From contig CAMDNW010000001.1 in assembly GCA_945903275.1 (NCBI GenBank), positions 128,303 through 192,302 on the forward strand: a DNA stretch of 64,000 nt, written 5' to 3'. The notes below the pieces were generated by a model, which worked only from the letters and a program-made list of their open reading frames with translations, was not told the DNA's origin and did no database searches. A program made the translations under genes and the position numbers. Below, in pieces: positions 20,044 through 30,610 of this stretch (positions are counted from its first letter, which is position 1; each line of letters starts with the position of its first letter). This stretch comes from Thermoflexus hugenholtzii JAD2. Lineage in GTDB: Bacteria; Chloroflexota; Dehalococcoidia; UBA2979.

Positions 20044-21240
20044 ATGGACGCTGTACTGTGTGAGACCCGTCCCGAGGAGTACGAGGCATTCCAGCGCGTC
20101 GCCGGGACTGCGTTTTCCTAAGTCCCCACCGCCGAGTCCATGGAACGGCCGCGCCCCTTCTGGGACACCGCCCGGAAGTTCGGTGTCTTCGAGCCTGAAC
20201 GCCCGGGCACGGTCAGTGCGAATCTCGGCATGCACATGACGGTGCCCGGCGGTGCCTCGGTGCCGATGGCCAGCGTCACCGCCGTCGGCGTGATGCCGCC
20301 CCATCGCCGCTAGGGTCTGCTCACCTCGATGATGCCCGCGCGCACGACGAACCGCTCGCTGGCCTCTGGGCTTCGGAAAGCATCATCTAAGGTCGCTTCG
20401 GCTATGGCCTCGCGATCGAACATCAGTGGTGGGAGGTTGAACGCTGCTATGCGGACTTCGCATCCGCACCACCGGCTTCCGGCGCGATACGCATGGTTTC
20501 TGCCGACGAGGCGCGCTCTGGCTGCGACAGGCATGTGCGGCTGCCGTCCCGCTCCGTCCTTGGATGAGCCCGCGTGATGCCGCCTGGTGGAACCGTCGCT
20601 TCGACCAGCGCCGGGACGACGGTCCGGCACGCCGCAGTTCTACGCGCTCCACGCGGAAAATGTTCGCTGCGGCGGCTACGTCATGTACCGCGTGAAGGGC
20701 GAATGGCCGGACGGTATCCCCTCTGGCGAACTGATGGTCGTGGAGTTCATGGCCGCTACCGACGCGGCATACGCCGCGCTCTGGCGTTTTGTCTTCTCGA
20801 TCGACCTCGTCAAGACCGTCCGCGACGCGAACCGCCCCGTCGATGATCCGGTGCAACATATGCTCGCCGACTCCCGCCGCCGCGTCCGTTCCACCCGTGA
20901 TGCCATCTGGCTGCGGCTGGTCGATGCCCCCCGTGCGCTCGATGCCCGCACCTATGCCGACAGCCGTTTGGTCATCGATTTGCGTGACGAGTTCTGACCG
21001 TGGAACGCCGGCCGCTACCTCCTCGAAAGCGACGGCACATCCGCTTCATGCACGCCCACGACCGCAGAGGCCGATCTCGTCCTCCCGGCAGCGAGTCTTG
21101 CGACGGCCTACCTGAGTGGCACGCGATTGAGCGTCCTCACCCGCGCCGGTCGCGCCGAGGAGCGCCGTCCCGGTGTGCTCCGCCTCGCCGATGCGATGTT
21201 CACCGCAGAACGCGTGCCGTGGTTGCCGGAACACTGGTAG
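20044..21240 (+). pseudogene. Decayed Eis-like GNAT N-acetyltransferase (GNAT + SCP2-like C-terminal domain) with multiple stops and frameshifts
   Basis: The conceptual translation follows the Eis family end to end (TVPGG..P.A.VT.VGV.P.HRRxG; LWASE..IYGRFGYG; C-terminal CPWN.GRY). It is interrupted by in-frame TAA 20119, TAG 20311 (where family members have Arg in HRRRG), TAA 20398 (Y of IYGRFGYG) and TGA 20995 (C of CPWN). Two compensating frameshifts fall near ~20330 and ~20575. Confidence 0.7.
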
Positions 21241-21297
21241 CCACCATGCGCTGATCGCGGCGTGCCATACTCGATGAGGGCAAGGAGGGAGGCCGGG

Positions 21298-22671
21298 ATG
21301 CAAGCGGTCTGCTATCTGCGCGCGATCCCCACCTTTACCTTCGAGGCGCAGCAGCGCGCCTTCCTCGATGAATGCGCGCGCTCTGGTCTCGAGGTCGGCC
21401 CCACGTTCACCGAGACCGCCGCAGGCCCCGCTGCGCCTGAGTTCCGCCGCATGCTTCGTACGCTGCTCGATCCCGCCGGGTCACGACAGCGCGGCTTCAC
21501 CACGGTCGTCGTCGCTTCGCTCGATGTGCTCGGCGCGACCGCGCGCGAGCAAGCCCGCCGCTACCTCCAACTCGAGACGCTCGGCCTCCCCCTCCGCCTT
21601 GCGGACGGCGGTGACGCCGACGCCGCGCTCCTCGCCGCATGGTCCGAGCGCCCGAGCGGCGAGCGCCGTAGGGATCAGGTGCGCGAGGGGATGCGCGACC
21701 GCGCGCTGCGTGGCGAAGTGCTGGGCCGCGCGCCCTATGGCTACCGGGTCGTCGCCCGCCACCTCCGCATTGAGCCGTTTGAGGCTGCTGTCGTGCGCCA
21801 CATCTTCGACTGGTACACCGACGGCGGTGAAGGCGTACGTCTCATCGCGCGGAGACTGAACGAGGCCGACACACGTACGCGCCGGGGCGGCTCATGGAGC
21901 ATCGCCAGCGTGCGACAGGTGCTGCGCAACCCGGTCTACACAGGGCTCTACCGACGCCTCGGCGTCGTGGTCGCGACCGAGCACGAAGCGATCGTGACGC
22001 GCGACCGCTTCGCTGCCGTGCAGCAGCGCCTTGCCGCCCGCCGCACTTCGTTCGGGCAGCAGCGACGCGGCGAATACCTGCTCGCAGGCATCGCGACCTG
22101 TGGTTACTGCGGCAATAGCCTGATCGGTCTGCGCCGTGCCTCGCGTGCTCGTGCTGAGGTAGGCGCGCCACCCCTCGTGCTGACCTACTACCAGTGCGAA
22201 TCGCGTGCGAACCAGGGTCGCTGCGCCTACCACACCCGTCGCACCGAGGCGCTCGAAGCCATCGTGTGCGACCAACTGCGCGAGTCGCCTGCTGCCGGTG
22301 CAGGGGCCGCTGCCACGCCTATCCACACCACCGCGCTGCTCGACGCCCGTCGTGCCGGCCTGCGCCGCCGCCTCGATGCGCTGCTGGAGCGCCGCGTCAG
22401 TGGTGAGTGGACCGCCGCGCGCCTCCGTCACGAGGCAGGGTCGCTGGCCCTCGAAGATCTCCAGGCTGAGGAGGAGGCCGATTTCACCGCCCGCCGCCGC
22501 GCTGATTCTACGGAGGCATCAGAGCGCGGCGTCACGCTGGCGGAAGCCCGTGCTCGCCTCGTCGCCGAGTGGGAGCAGATACCGTTCGATGAGCGCCGCC
22601 GACTGCTCCGCGAAGTCGTCGCCTCGGTGGTCGTGACCGACGACGGGATACAGGTCACGCTGGTCGGCTGA
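21298..22671 (+). CDS. Large-serine-recombinase homolog with degenerate catalytic domain (recombinase + zinc-ribbon domains intact)
   Basis: Recombinase domain (GYRVV...IFDWY...RNPVYTG) and zinc ribbon (CGYCG...C..H) are present. The N-terminal resolvase domain aligns but the nucleophile Ser is replaced (YLRAIP vs Y.RVS) and the DRLxRS arginines are lost (SLDVLGATA). AAGGAGGGAGG SD before ATG 21298. Confidence 0.7.
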   Translation: MQAVCYLRAIPTFTFEAQQRAFLDECARSGLEVGPTFTETAAGPAAPEFRRMLRTLLDPAGSRQRGFTTVVVASLDVLGATAREQARRYLQLETLGLPLRLADGGDADAALLAAWSERPSGERRRDQVREGMRDRALRGEVLGRAPYGYRVVARHLRIEPFEAAVVRHIFDWYTDGGEGVRLIARRLNEADTRTRRGGSWSIASVRQVLRNPVYTGLYRRLGVVVATEHEAIVTRDRFAAVQQRLAARRTSFGQQRRGEYLLAGIATCGYCGNSLIGLRRASRARAEVGAPPLVLTYYQCESRANQGRCAYHTRRTEALEAIVCDQLRESPAAGAGAAATPIHTTALLDARRAGLRRRLDALLERRVSGEWTAARLRHEAGSLALEDLQAEEEADFTARRRADSTEASERGVTLAEARARLVAEWEQIPFDERRRLLREVVASVVVTDDGIQVTLVG

Positions 22672-22719
22672 ATTCGCCGCCGCAATTCGGTACGCTGTGT
22701 GCGTTGCTGGAGGATTGAC

Positions 22720-23568
22720 ATGGACGACCGCACCGCTAAGATCCTCGAAGTTGTGAAGAGCCTGCCTGCGCAGACGCTCACCGCGACCATGCGTAACCCG
22801 CGCAGTTCCGCCGACCGCACCTTCGTTGGCGCAAGCCTGTTCGACTACGCTATCGCCGCTGGCCTGTTCGCCTCGAAGATGGGTGGTGGCAGCCTTGCGA
22901 ACGGCTACTTTATGGCGACCGCTGAGGATGGCGTACGTGCCGCCGTCGCGCTCGCCGAGGTCTGGCCGAACATTACCGGCAAGGATGTGCTGCTCGCCTA
23001 TGAGCAGGATGGCGAAACGATCCGCAACGGCATCCGCCTCGTCATTACCGGCGATGGCCTTGGCGGACGCTCGCTTGGCGGCGTGGTGAATATCGAGGCG
23101 CACAAGGTCGAAACGGTCAAGGCGACCACACCCGGCCGCGTTGAACTGCGCGGGCTGCTCGACCGTCCCGGCGTCATCGATGCCGCGAGCTTCGCCGCAC
23201 AGGAGGCCACCAGCATCACGACGATTGCCGCCACTGGCCACAGCGGCCAGCCGATTGAGCCGAGGCAGTACGCGGGCGTGCGGCTGTGGAGCGTCCTCGA
23301 AGCCGCGGGCATCCAGCTGAATCCCGAGGTGAACGAGGACTTCTTGAACAAGATCGTCATTGCAACCAGCGCTGATGGCCATGCCGTCGTGATCGCCGGG
23401 GGCGAAATCGAGCCACGCTTTATGAACGGCGACGTGATCATCGCCACGCAGCACGACGGCGCTCCCCTCGCTGAGGCTGAAGGCGGTTTGCGGCTGATGG
23501 TGCCGTTCGACCGCAAACCGGGCCGTTGGGCGAAAAATCTCGTCAGCATTGAACTGCGCGAGGGCTGA
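22720..23568 (+). CDS. Tandem-repeat protein with two Oxidored_molyb (YedY/sulfite-oxidase-like) C-terminal-type modules, lacking the Mo-ligating Cys
   Basis: Both repeats match the YedY segment G.PL..LL / [41 protein letters not shown] (ours: GIRLVITGDGLGGRSLGGVVNIE and GGLRLMVPFDRKPGRWAKNLVSIEL). GGAGGA SD before ATG 22720; immediately upstream of modA. Confidence 0.55.
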   Translation: MDDRTAKILEVVKSLPAQTLTATMRNPRSSADRTFVGASLFDYAIAAGLFASKMGGGSLANGYFMATAEDGVRAAVALAEVWPNITGKDVLLAYEQDGETIRNGIRLVITGDGLGGRSLGGVVNIEAHKVETVKATTPGRVELRGLLDRPGVIDAASFAAQEATSITTIAATGHSGQPIEPRQYAGVRLWSVLEAAGIQLNPEVNEDFLNKIVIATSADGHAVVIAGGEIEPRFMNGDVIIATQHDGAPLAEAEGGLRLMVPFDRKPGRWAKNLVSIELREG

Positions 23569-23654
23569 CCGGTGCTGGACGCGTCCGGCCCTGTGTACCG
23601 ATCGGGCTTCTATGGTACGTGTCTTCTCGCATCACTCACATATGGGAGGGCGTC

Positions 23655-24506
23655 ATGCGCACTCGTATCTTCTTGGTCGGCACGATTCTTGTCATGGTCG
23701 TGCTCGCCGCCGCGTGCGGCACTCGCGCTGATCGCGCTAAACCCACAGCGGCCACTGCCGTGCCAACCGCTGCCGCCACATCAGCGGCGCTCACCGGCAA
23801 GATCAGCGTGTTTGCGGCCTCGTCGTTATCAGATGTATTCAAGGCTGTGGGTGTGGCCTTCACGAAAGCCAATCCCGGCGTCACCGTCGAATTCAACAAC
23901 CAATCGTCGAGCGCGCTCGCGACGCAGATCGAACAAGCCGCCCCAGCCGATGTGTTCGCTAGCGCCGACAACACGAACATGCAGCGATTGCTGGACAAGG
24001 GTCTAATTGCCGGTGTGCCCGCGAACTTCGTACGTAATCGCCCCATGATCGTGATTCCGGCGGACAACAAGGCGCAGATAACCACGCCAAAGGACCTCTC
24101 TAAGGCGGGCGTGAAACTCGTGCTCGCTGGCCCTGATGTGCCCATCGGCAATTACGCCCGCCAGATCATCGACAAACTCGCCGCGGACCCGGCCTACGGC
24201 GTGGCATACAAAGACGCCACACTCAAGAACCTCGTCTCTAACGAGGCGAACGTGCGCGCCACACTCACCAAGATCGAACTCGGTGAGGCCGATGCGTGCT
24301 TCGTTTACAAGACTGACGTGCTGGTCTCCGGTTCGAAGGTGAAGACCGTCGCGATCCCGGATGCCGCAAACGTGATCGCGACCTACCAGATTGCCGTCGT
24401 GAAGTTCTCGCAGAACGCGAAAGCTGCCGCAGCGTTCATCGCATTCATACGCAGTGCCGAAGGCAGGAAGCTCTTGGCTGATGCAGGCTTCGACCCAGTC
24501 CTGTGA
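23655..24506 (+). CDS. modA: Molybdate ABC transporter substrate-binding protein
   Basis: Signal peptide/lipobox-like AAACG; SFAASSL...ADVFASAD ModA motifs. Confidence 0.85.
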   Translation: MRTRIFLVGTILVMVVLAAACGTRADRAKPTAATAVPTAAATSAALTGKISVFAASSLSDVFKAVGVAFTKANPGVTVEFNNQSSSALATQIEQAAPADVFASADNTNMQRLLDKGLIAGVPANFVRNRPMIVIPADNKAQITTPKDLSKAGVKLVLAGPDVPIGNYARQIIDKLAADPAYGVAYKDATLKNLVSNEANVRATLTKIELGEADACFVYKTDVLVSGSKVKTVAIPDAANVIATYQIAVVKFSQNAKAAAAFIAFIRSAEGRKLLADAGFDPVL

Positions 24507-24543
24507 GGTTGCGCATTATCCGCCTCCCGGTCCACCCTGCACC

Positions 24544-25389
24544 ATGGCACAACGCTCCGAGGCGATACCGGCAGTCCGAGGCAGGTCGGAGCTGTCACTG
24601 AACCGCCTCTTCGTCGCCCCGGCCATCCTCTTCGCCGCTTTTGTGGCCGTCCCACTGCTCGCGCTCGCCGCGCGTGCTGCGCAGGAAGGCGACATCTTCG
24701 AGCGACTGACATCGCCATTTGTGCTGCATGCGCTCCGACTCTCGATGCTGACCAGCACGTTGTCGCTCTTGTTAGCGCTGCTTCTCGGCGTGCCCACTGC
24801 CTACCTGCTCGCCCGCAATCGGTTCCCTGGTTACCGCTTCGTCACGTTGCTGGTAGAACTGCCGATGGTGCTGCCGCCGACCGTCGCAGGCGTGGCGCTG
24901 CTGGTCGCGTTCGGGCGGCGGGGTATCTTCGGCGGCTGGCTCTCGGACATCAGCCTCGAACTGCCGTTCACGACTGCAGCGGTGGTGCTGGCGCAATTGT
25001 TCGTGTCCGCACCGTTCCTCGTCCGGTCGTTGCAGGCAGGCTTTGAGTCGGTCGACGTCACCTATGAGCGCGTCTCCGCGACCCTCGGTGCCTCCTCGCT
25101 GCGCACGTTCTGGAGTGTAACTCTGCCGTTGGCGAGGCCGACGCTGATCAGCGGCGCAGTACTCTGCTGGACGCGCGCGCTAAGCGAACTAGGTGCAACG
25201 CTGATCTTTGCAGGCAACTTCGAGATGCGCACGCAGACGATGCCGCTCGCGATCATCACGGCGTTCGAGTCGAGCGCAGGCCTCTCCGGCGCGATCGTGC
25301 TCTCCGTGATTCTACTTGCGGTCGCCTCAGTACTGCTGGTGCTGATGCGCGTCGCCCTGAAGCGCGGCGCACTGCCCGAGGCGGTCTGA
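24544..25389 (+). CDS. modB: Molybdate ABC transporter permease
   Basis: Multiple TM helices; ABC permease EAA-like loop (ARALSELGATLIFAGN). Confidence 0.85.
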   Translation: MAQRSEAIPAVRGRSELSLNRLFVAPAILFAAFVAVPLLALAARAAQEGDIFERLTSPFVLHALRLSMLTSTLSLLLALLLGVPTAYLLARNRFPGYRFVTLLVELPMVLPPTVAGVALLVAFGRRGIFGGWLSDISLELPFTTAAVVLAQLFVSAPFLVRSLQAGFESVDVTYERVSATLGASSLRTFWSVTLPLARPTLISGAVLCWTRALSELGATLIFAGNFEMRTQTMPLAIITAFESSAGLSGAIVLSVILLAVASVLLVLMRVALKRGALPEAV

Positions 25390-25393
25390 GCGC

Positions 25394-26451
<1,058 letters not shown>

Positions 26452-26455
<4 letters not shown>

Positions 26456-27687
26456 CATCAACCTCAGACCAGCGCCGAGGAACATGGTCGGCTCTGGCGC
26501 ATCCGCAGTACCGGCTGCTCTGGCTCGGTACCATCGCCGCCGTCGTCACCGGCGAACTGCGACTCGTAGTCACGGGTGTCTGGCTCTATCAAGAGACCGG
26601 CTCCGCCGTGCAACTCGGTTTCCTCGGCCTAATCCAATTAGTCGTGCAGATTCCTGCCTTGCTCTTCGGTGGCACTCTTGCCGACCGCCTCGACCGCCGT
26701 CTGCTCACGGCGTGGACGCAGGTCGTGACGCTCGCCGCCATAGCCGCGATGGCCGTGCTCGCGGTTACTGATGTGCTCGTGCCATGGCACGTCTACGCCG
26801 CGACGGCGCTACTCTCCGTGAGCACAGTGTTCGGTAACCCGGCGCGTGCCGCGCTGATGAGCGCCACTGTCCCGTCCGAGCAGATGGTCGATGCCGTCAC
26901 GACCAGCTTCGCGTCGCAACAAATCGCCACTGTCGTCGCGCCTCTCGGCTTCGCCGTCATTGCGAAGACGCTAGACCTCGACGCCGCCTTCGTGATCACG
27001 GCTATCGTCGCTGTACCGGCCGTGATCTTTCCGCTCATGATGAACGTGAGCAATGTACGCATCGAGGCCAACACTGGAGGGACGCTGCTGAGTAGGACGT
27101 GGGAGGGTCTCCAGTTCGTGAAGGTGCACCCGCTGCTGCCGGCGCTCTATCTGATGGACACTGGCGTGACCGTGGTCTCGTTCTATCGCCAGATGTACCC
27201 TGTCTTCGCCGACCATCTTTTCGGCGGCGGTGCTGGCACTGTTGGGCTGCTCACCGCTGCTAACTCCGCGGGCGCCATTGCGGGTTCGTTCGCCGTACTG
27301 ATGCTGCGGAAGGTGAAGCGCACCGGCTACATGGTGCTGATCGCTCACTTCGTCTATGCACTGCTGTTGTTCCCATTCGCACTGATCGGCTGGCTGCCGA
27401 TGGGTATGCTCCTCCTCGCCGGCCTCGGCGGCACCGATGCCGTCACGGTCACCGTCCGCCAGGCCACCGTCCAACTCACCACCCCCGACGAGATGCGAGG
27501 CCGCGCGCTGTCCGTACAGACGCTATCCGCGCAGACCGCCAATAACCTCGGCACGGTTTGGGTCGGTATGTTATCCGCACTCATCGGTGCCTCCAGCACA
27601 CTACTCCTCGGCGGCACGCTCTCGATGCTGTTCACGGCGGTGGTGTGGTTCAAGGTGAAGGCGGTTAAGGAGTACCGGGCTCCGTAA
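26452..27687 (+). CDS. MFS transporter
   Basis: ~12 predicted TM helices; 411 aa; start overlaps modC stop. Confidence 0.75.
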
Positions 27688-28010
27688 GGGCAGTGGGGAG
27701 TTAACCACGGCAGTGAGAACTTGAGTTGGTTCCGCTTTCAGGCCGTCAGAGCGGTTACGCCGACGGATGCTCCCACGGCACCAAAAATTTCGGGAACCGA
27801 TCCAAGCAACACATTTAGCTTTCCCACGAAGCCTCTCTTCTGCAACATCCGCAGTTTTCTTAGCGGACTATTCAATACGGAGCCGAGAAGGGCTGTAATA
27901 AGAGTAACTATCGTCAGCGATACTCCAGCTTTTGCTCCTCACATGGCGGCCTGATGGCAGAGGATTCTTGTCATATCTGAAGTATGTGATGGCTTGCCTA
28001 TACACTGATC

Positions 28011-28391
28011 CCGTCAGAGGGCCGGACGGCCGCCGGTGGGCGCAAGCCCACGGGAGGAAAGTCCGAACTTCACCGGACAGGGTGCCGGCTAACGGCCGGG
28101 CGGCGTGAGCCGACGGACAGTGCAACAGAAACAAACCGCCGGGGTTCGCCTCGGTAAGGGTGAAATGGTGCGGTAAGAGCGCACCGGCGTCCCGGTAACG
28201 GGGCGGCCGTGCAAACCCCACCCGAAGCAAGGCCAAATAGGGGAGCGCTAGGGGTGTCCGGCTCCGCTCCCGGGTAGGTCGCTTGAGGCGGCGGGCAACC
28301 GCCGTCCTAGATGGATGGCCGTCGCTGCCCCCTTCCGCCTTCGGACGGAGCGAGGCGGTACAGAATTCGGCTTATAGGCCCCCTGACACTG
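28011..28391 (+). ncRNA. rnpB: RNase P RNA, bacterial type A
   Basis: Universal motifs GGGAGGAAAGTCCG, GTGCCGGCTAACGGCCGGGCGG, AAGGGTGAAATGGTGCGGTAAGAGCGCACC, AAGGCCAAATAGGGG, ACAGAATTCGGCTTATA. P1 helix pairs 28013-28023 (gtcagagggcc) with 28377-28387 (ggccccctgac). Confidence 0.92.
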
Positions 28392-28398
28392 CACACAA

Positions 28399-28428
28399 CG
28401 AAGCGGCGGCCTCACGGCCGCCGCTTCG
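28399..28428. terminator. Bidirectional hairpin between rnpB and the convergent minus-strand gene
   Basis: cgaagcggcggcc-tcac-ggccgccgcttcg, perfect 13-bp stem. Confidence 0.6.
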
Positions 28429-28451
28429 TGCTCATCTCACGTTGCCGAGGC

Positions 28452-28904
28452 TCACGCCGGAGCGGGTGCCGTGATCTCCGACTCGTTGCGCGCATGCACC
28501 ACCTGGCCGCGCTGGATGACGCGGTCGATCTCCACGATCATCCCCACGCCTTTGTAGTCTTTGTCCGCGTTCTGTTCGACTTCAGGCGAACCGTCATAGA
28601 TCGCGCGGCGAGTCGCCTCGTCGCTCACGATGCGGGCGCGGCCCTGGATCTGGAAGGCAAGACGTGTCTCGGTGTTGCGGTAGAACAGCGATACTTTGTT
28701 GTTCTTCGCCATCGCGCTCGCGGTGTGGCCCTCCACGTTGCGGAGCCAGACGCCGAATTCGTCGTCGCCCCGGATGTGGGTCGACCCCCGATAGCTCATG
28801 TACGGCTGCCCGTCCTCCTGGACGGCGGCCATCAGGATCGGCGCGCGATCCGCCATCGCGTTGTTGACCGCGTTCTTCATCTCATCGGGTAGTTTGAGCG
28901 CCAT
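28452..28904 (-). CDS. Pyridoxamine 5'-phosphate oxidase family protein (general-stress-protein-26-like)
   Basis: PNPOx-like split-barrel pattern; start at MALKLPDEMK chosen over the longer ORF. Confidence 0.65.
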   Translation of the reverse strand: MALKLPDEMKNAVNNAMADRAPILMAAVQEDGQPYMSYRGSTHIRGDDEFGVWLRNVEGHTASAMAKNNKVSLFYRNTETRLAFQIQGRARIVSDEATRRAIYDGSPEVEQNADKDYKGVGMIVEIDRVIQRGQVVHARNESEITAPAPA

Positions 28905-28975
28905 CTGATATCCCCTCCTTCGGGGTGGTTGCTGCACAATGCCTCGGCATTCTACTCCGCCTGCGTCGAGGTACC

Positions 28976-30568
28976 ATGCAATCCATGCCACCCGACGCCA
29001 TCTCCCCAACCCCGCCCGCATCGACTCCTGCGCCCCGAGGCGACTGGCGCGAGGGCCTGCCGCCCGGCTTCACCGCCTCCGTCGAGGTCGCCGCGCTGCC
29101 CGCCGCCCGTGCCATTCAGTTCGATTCCCGTGCCGTGGAGGCTGGCGATGTGTTCGTCTGCATTCCCGGCGAGCGCGCTGACGGTCATGCCTTCGCGCCG
29201 CAGGCCGTCGCTGCTGGGGCCGTCGTCCTCGTCGTGCAGCAGGGGGTCGCGCCCGACATCGAGGCGCTAGGCGTGCCGGTCGTGCGCGTCCCCGACACCC
29301 GCCGCGCGCTCTCCTCGCTCGCCGCGGCTCACGAGGGCTTTCCGGCGCGGCGGCTCTCGGTGATCGGCGTGACCGGCACCGACGGCAAGTCGACCACCTC
29401 GTTCCTCACATTGGCGGCGCTCGCTGGCTGCGGCGTGAAGGCGGGACTGCTGACGACCATCGAATGCCACATCGGAGACCGCGTGATTCCCAACCCGACG
29501 CGGCTCACGACGCAAGAGGCGCCCTTCATTCAATCGCTGCTTGCCGAGATGGTCGAGGCCGGCTGCACCCACGCGGTCATCGAGGCGACCTCGCACGGCC
29601 TCGCTCTCCACCGCCTCGACGACATCGACCTCGATGTCGCCGTCTTCACCAACCTCAGCGAAGATCACCTCGACTTCCACGGTTCGATGCAGGCGTACCG
29701 CGCGGCCAAAGCGCGGCTCTTCCAGATGCTCGACGCGCCCACCACGAAAAAGATGAAGCGCCACGCGATCCTCAACGCAGATGACCGCGCATGGCAGGCA
29801 TTCGCCAGCGCGACGAAAGCCGATGTCATCACCTACGGCGTCGACAACCCTCGCGCCGACGTGTGCGTACAGGACGTGATGCTCTGGCCCGATGGCGCGA
29901 CCTTCGTTCTCGCGAGCGGCGAGGGTGGCGAAGACGAGATCGAGGCGAGCATCCAGATGCCCGGTGCGTTCAACGTCGCCAACGCCACCGCGGCGATCAC
30001 CGCCGTGGGCGCGCTCGGCCTCGATGTGTTCGCCGCGGCCTCGGGCGTCGCCGACTGCAAGGGCGTGCCCGGCCGCATGGAGCGCATTGAGGGCGCGCCG
30101 TTCGAGGTGATCGTCGACTACGCGCACACGCCGGCGGCACTGGAGCAGGTGCTCACGATGCTCCGCCCGGTCGTCGAGGGCCGCCTGATTCTCGTCTTCG
30201 GCTGCGCCGGCGAACGCGCCCGCGACCGCCGCACCGGCCTCGGCAGCGTGGCCGCGCGGCTGACCGACTTCACCGTGCTCACCGACGAAGACCCGCGCTC
30301 GGAACCGCCCGACGCGATTATCGCCGAGATCGCCAATGCAATGCTCGCCGCTGGCGCCGAGGAGGACTACCACTTCGCGCGCGTGCGGCCTCGGCGGCAG
30401 GCGATACAGCGCGCTATCGAGCACGCCGAGCCGGGCGACATGGTGCTCATCGCCGGCAAGGGCCACGAGTCCACCATCGAGTGGGCCGACCACGCCGAGC
30501 CGTGGGACGACCGTGCTGCCGCACGGGAGGCAATCGCGCTACGCTACGGCTCCCCAGCCGAGAACTAG
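28976..30568 (+). CDS. murE: UDP-N-acetylmuramoyl-L-alanyl-D-glutamate--2,6-diaminopimelate ligase
   Basis: DSRAVEAGDVFVCIPGERADGH, GVTGTDGKSTT P-loop, DNPR-like motif; start approximate. Confidence 0.85.
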   Translation: MQSMPPDAISPTPPASTPAPRGDWREGLPPGFTASVEVAALPAARAIQFDSRAVEAGDVFVCIPGERADGHAFAPQAVAAGAVVLVVQQGVAPDIEALGVPVVRVPDTRRALSSLAAAHEGFPARRLSVIGVTGTDGKSTTSFLTLAALAGCGVKAGLLTTIECHIGDRVIPNPTRLTTQEAPFIQSLLAEMVEAGCTHAVIEATSHGLALHRLDDIDLDVAVFTNLSEDHLDFHGSMQAYRAAKARLFQMLDAPTTKKMKRHAILNADDRAWQAFASATKADVITYGVDNPRADVCVQDVMLWPDGATFVLASGEGGEDEIEASIQMPGAFNVANATAAITAVGALGLDVFAAASGVADCKGVPGRMERIEGAPFEVIVDYAHTPAALEQVLTMLRPVVEGRLILVFGCAGERARDRRTGLGSVAARLTDFTVLTDEDPRSEPPDAIIAEIANAMLAAGAEEDYHFARVRPRRQAIQRAIEHAEPGDMVLIAGKGHESTIEWADHAEPWDDRAAAREAIALRYGSPAEN

Positions 30569-30610
30569 ACGGATGACGCGCAAACAGGACGACCCCGGCC
30601 GGGGGCAAGG

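Noticed and set aside
27721-27954. 77-aa ORF in the AT-rich patch upstream of rnpB
   Set aside because: No SD, low-complexity composition, no motif. More likely non-coding promoter/spacer DNA.
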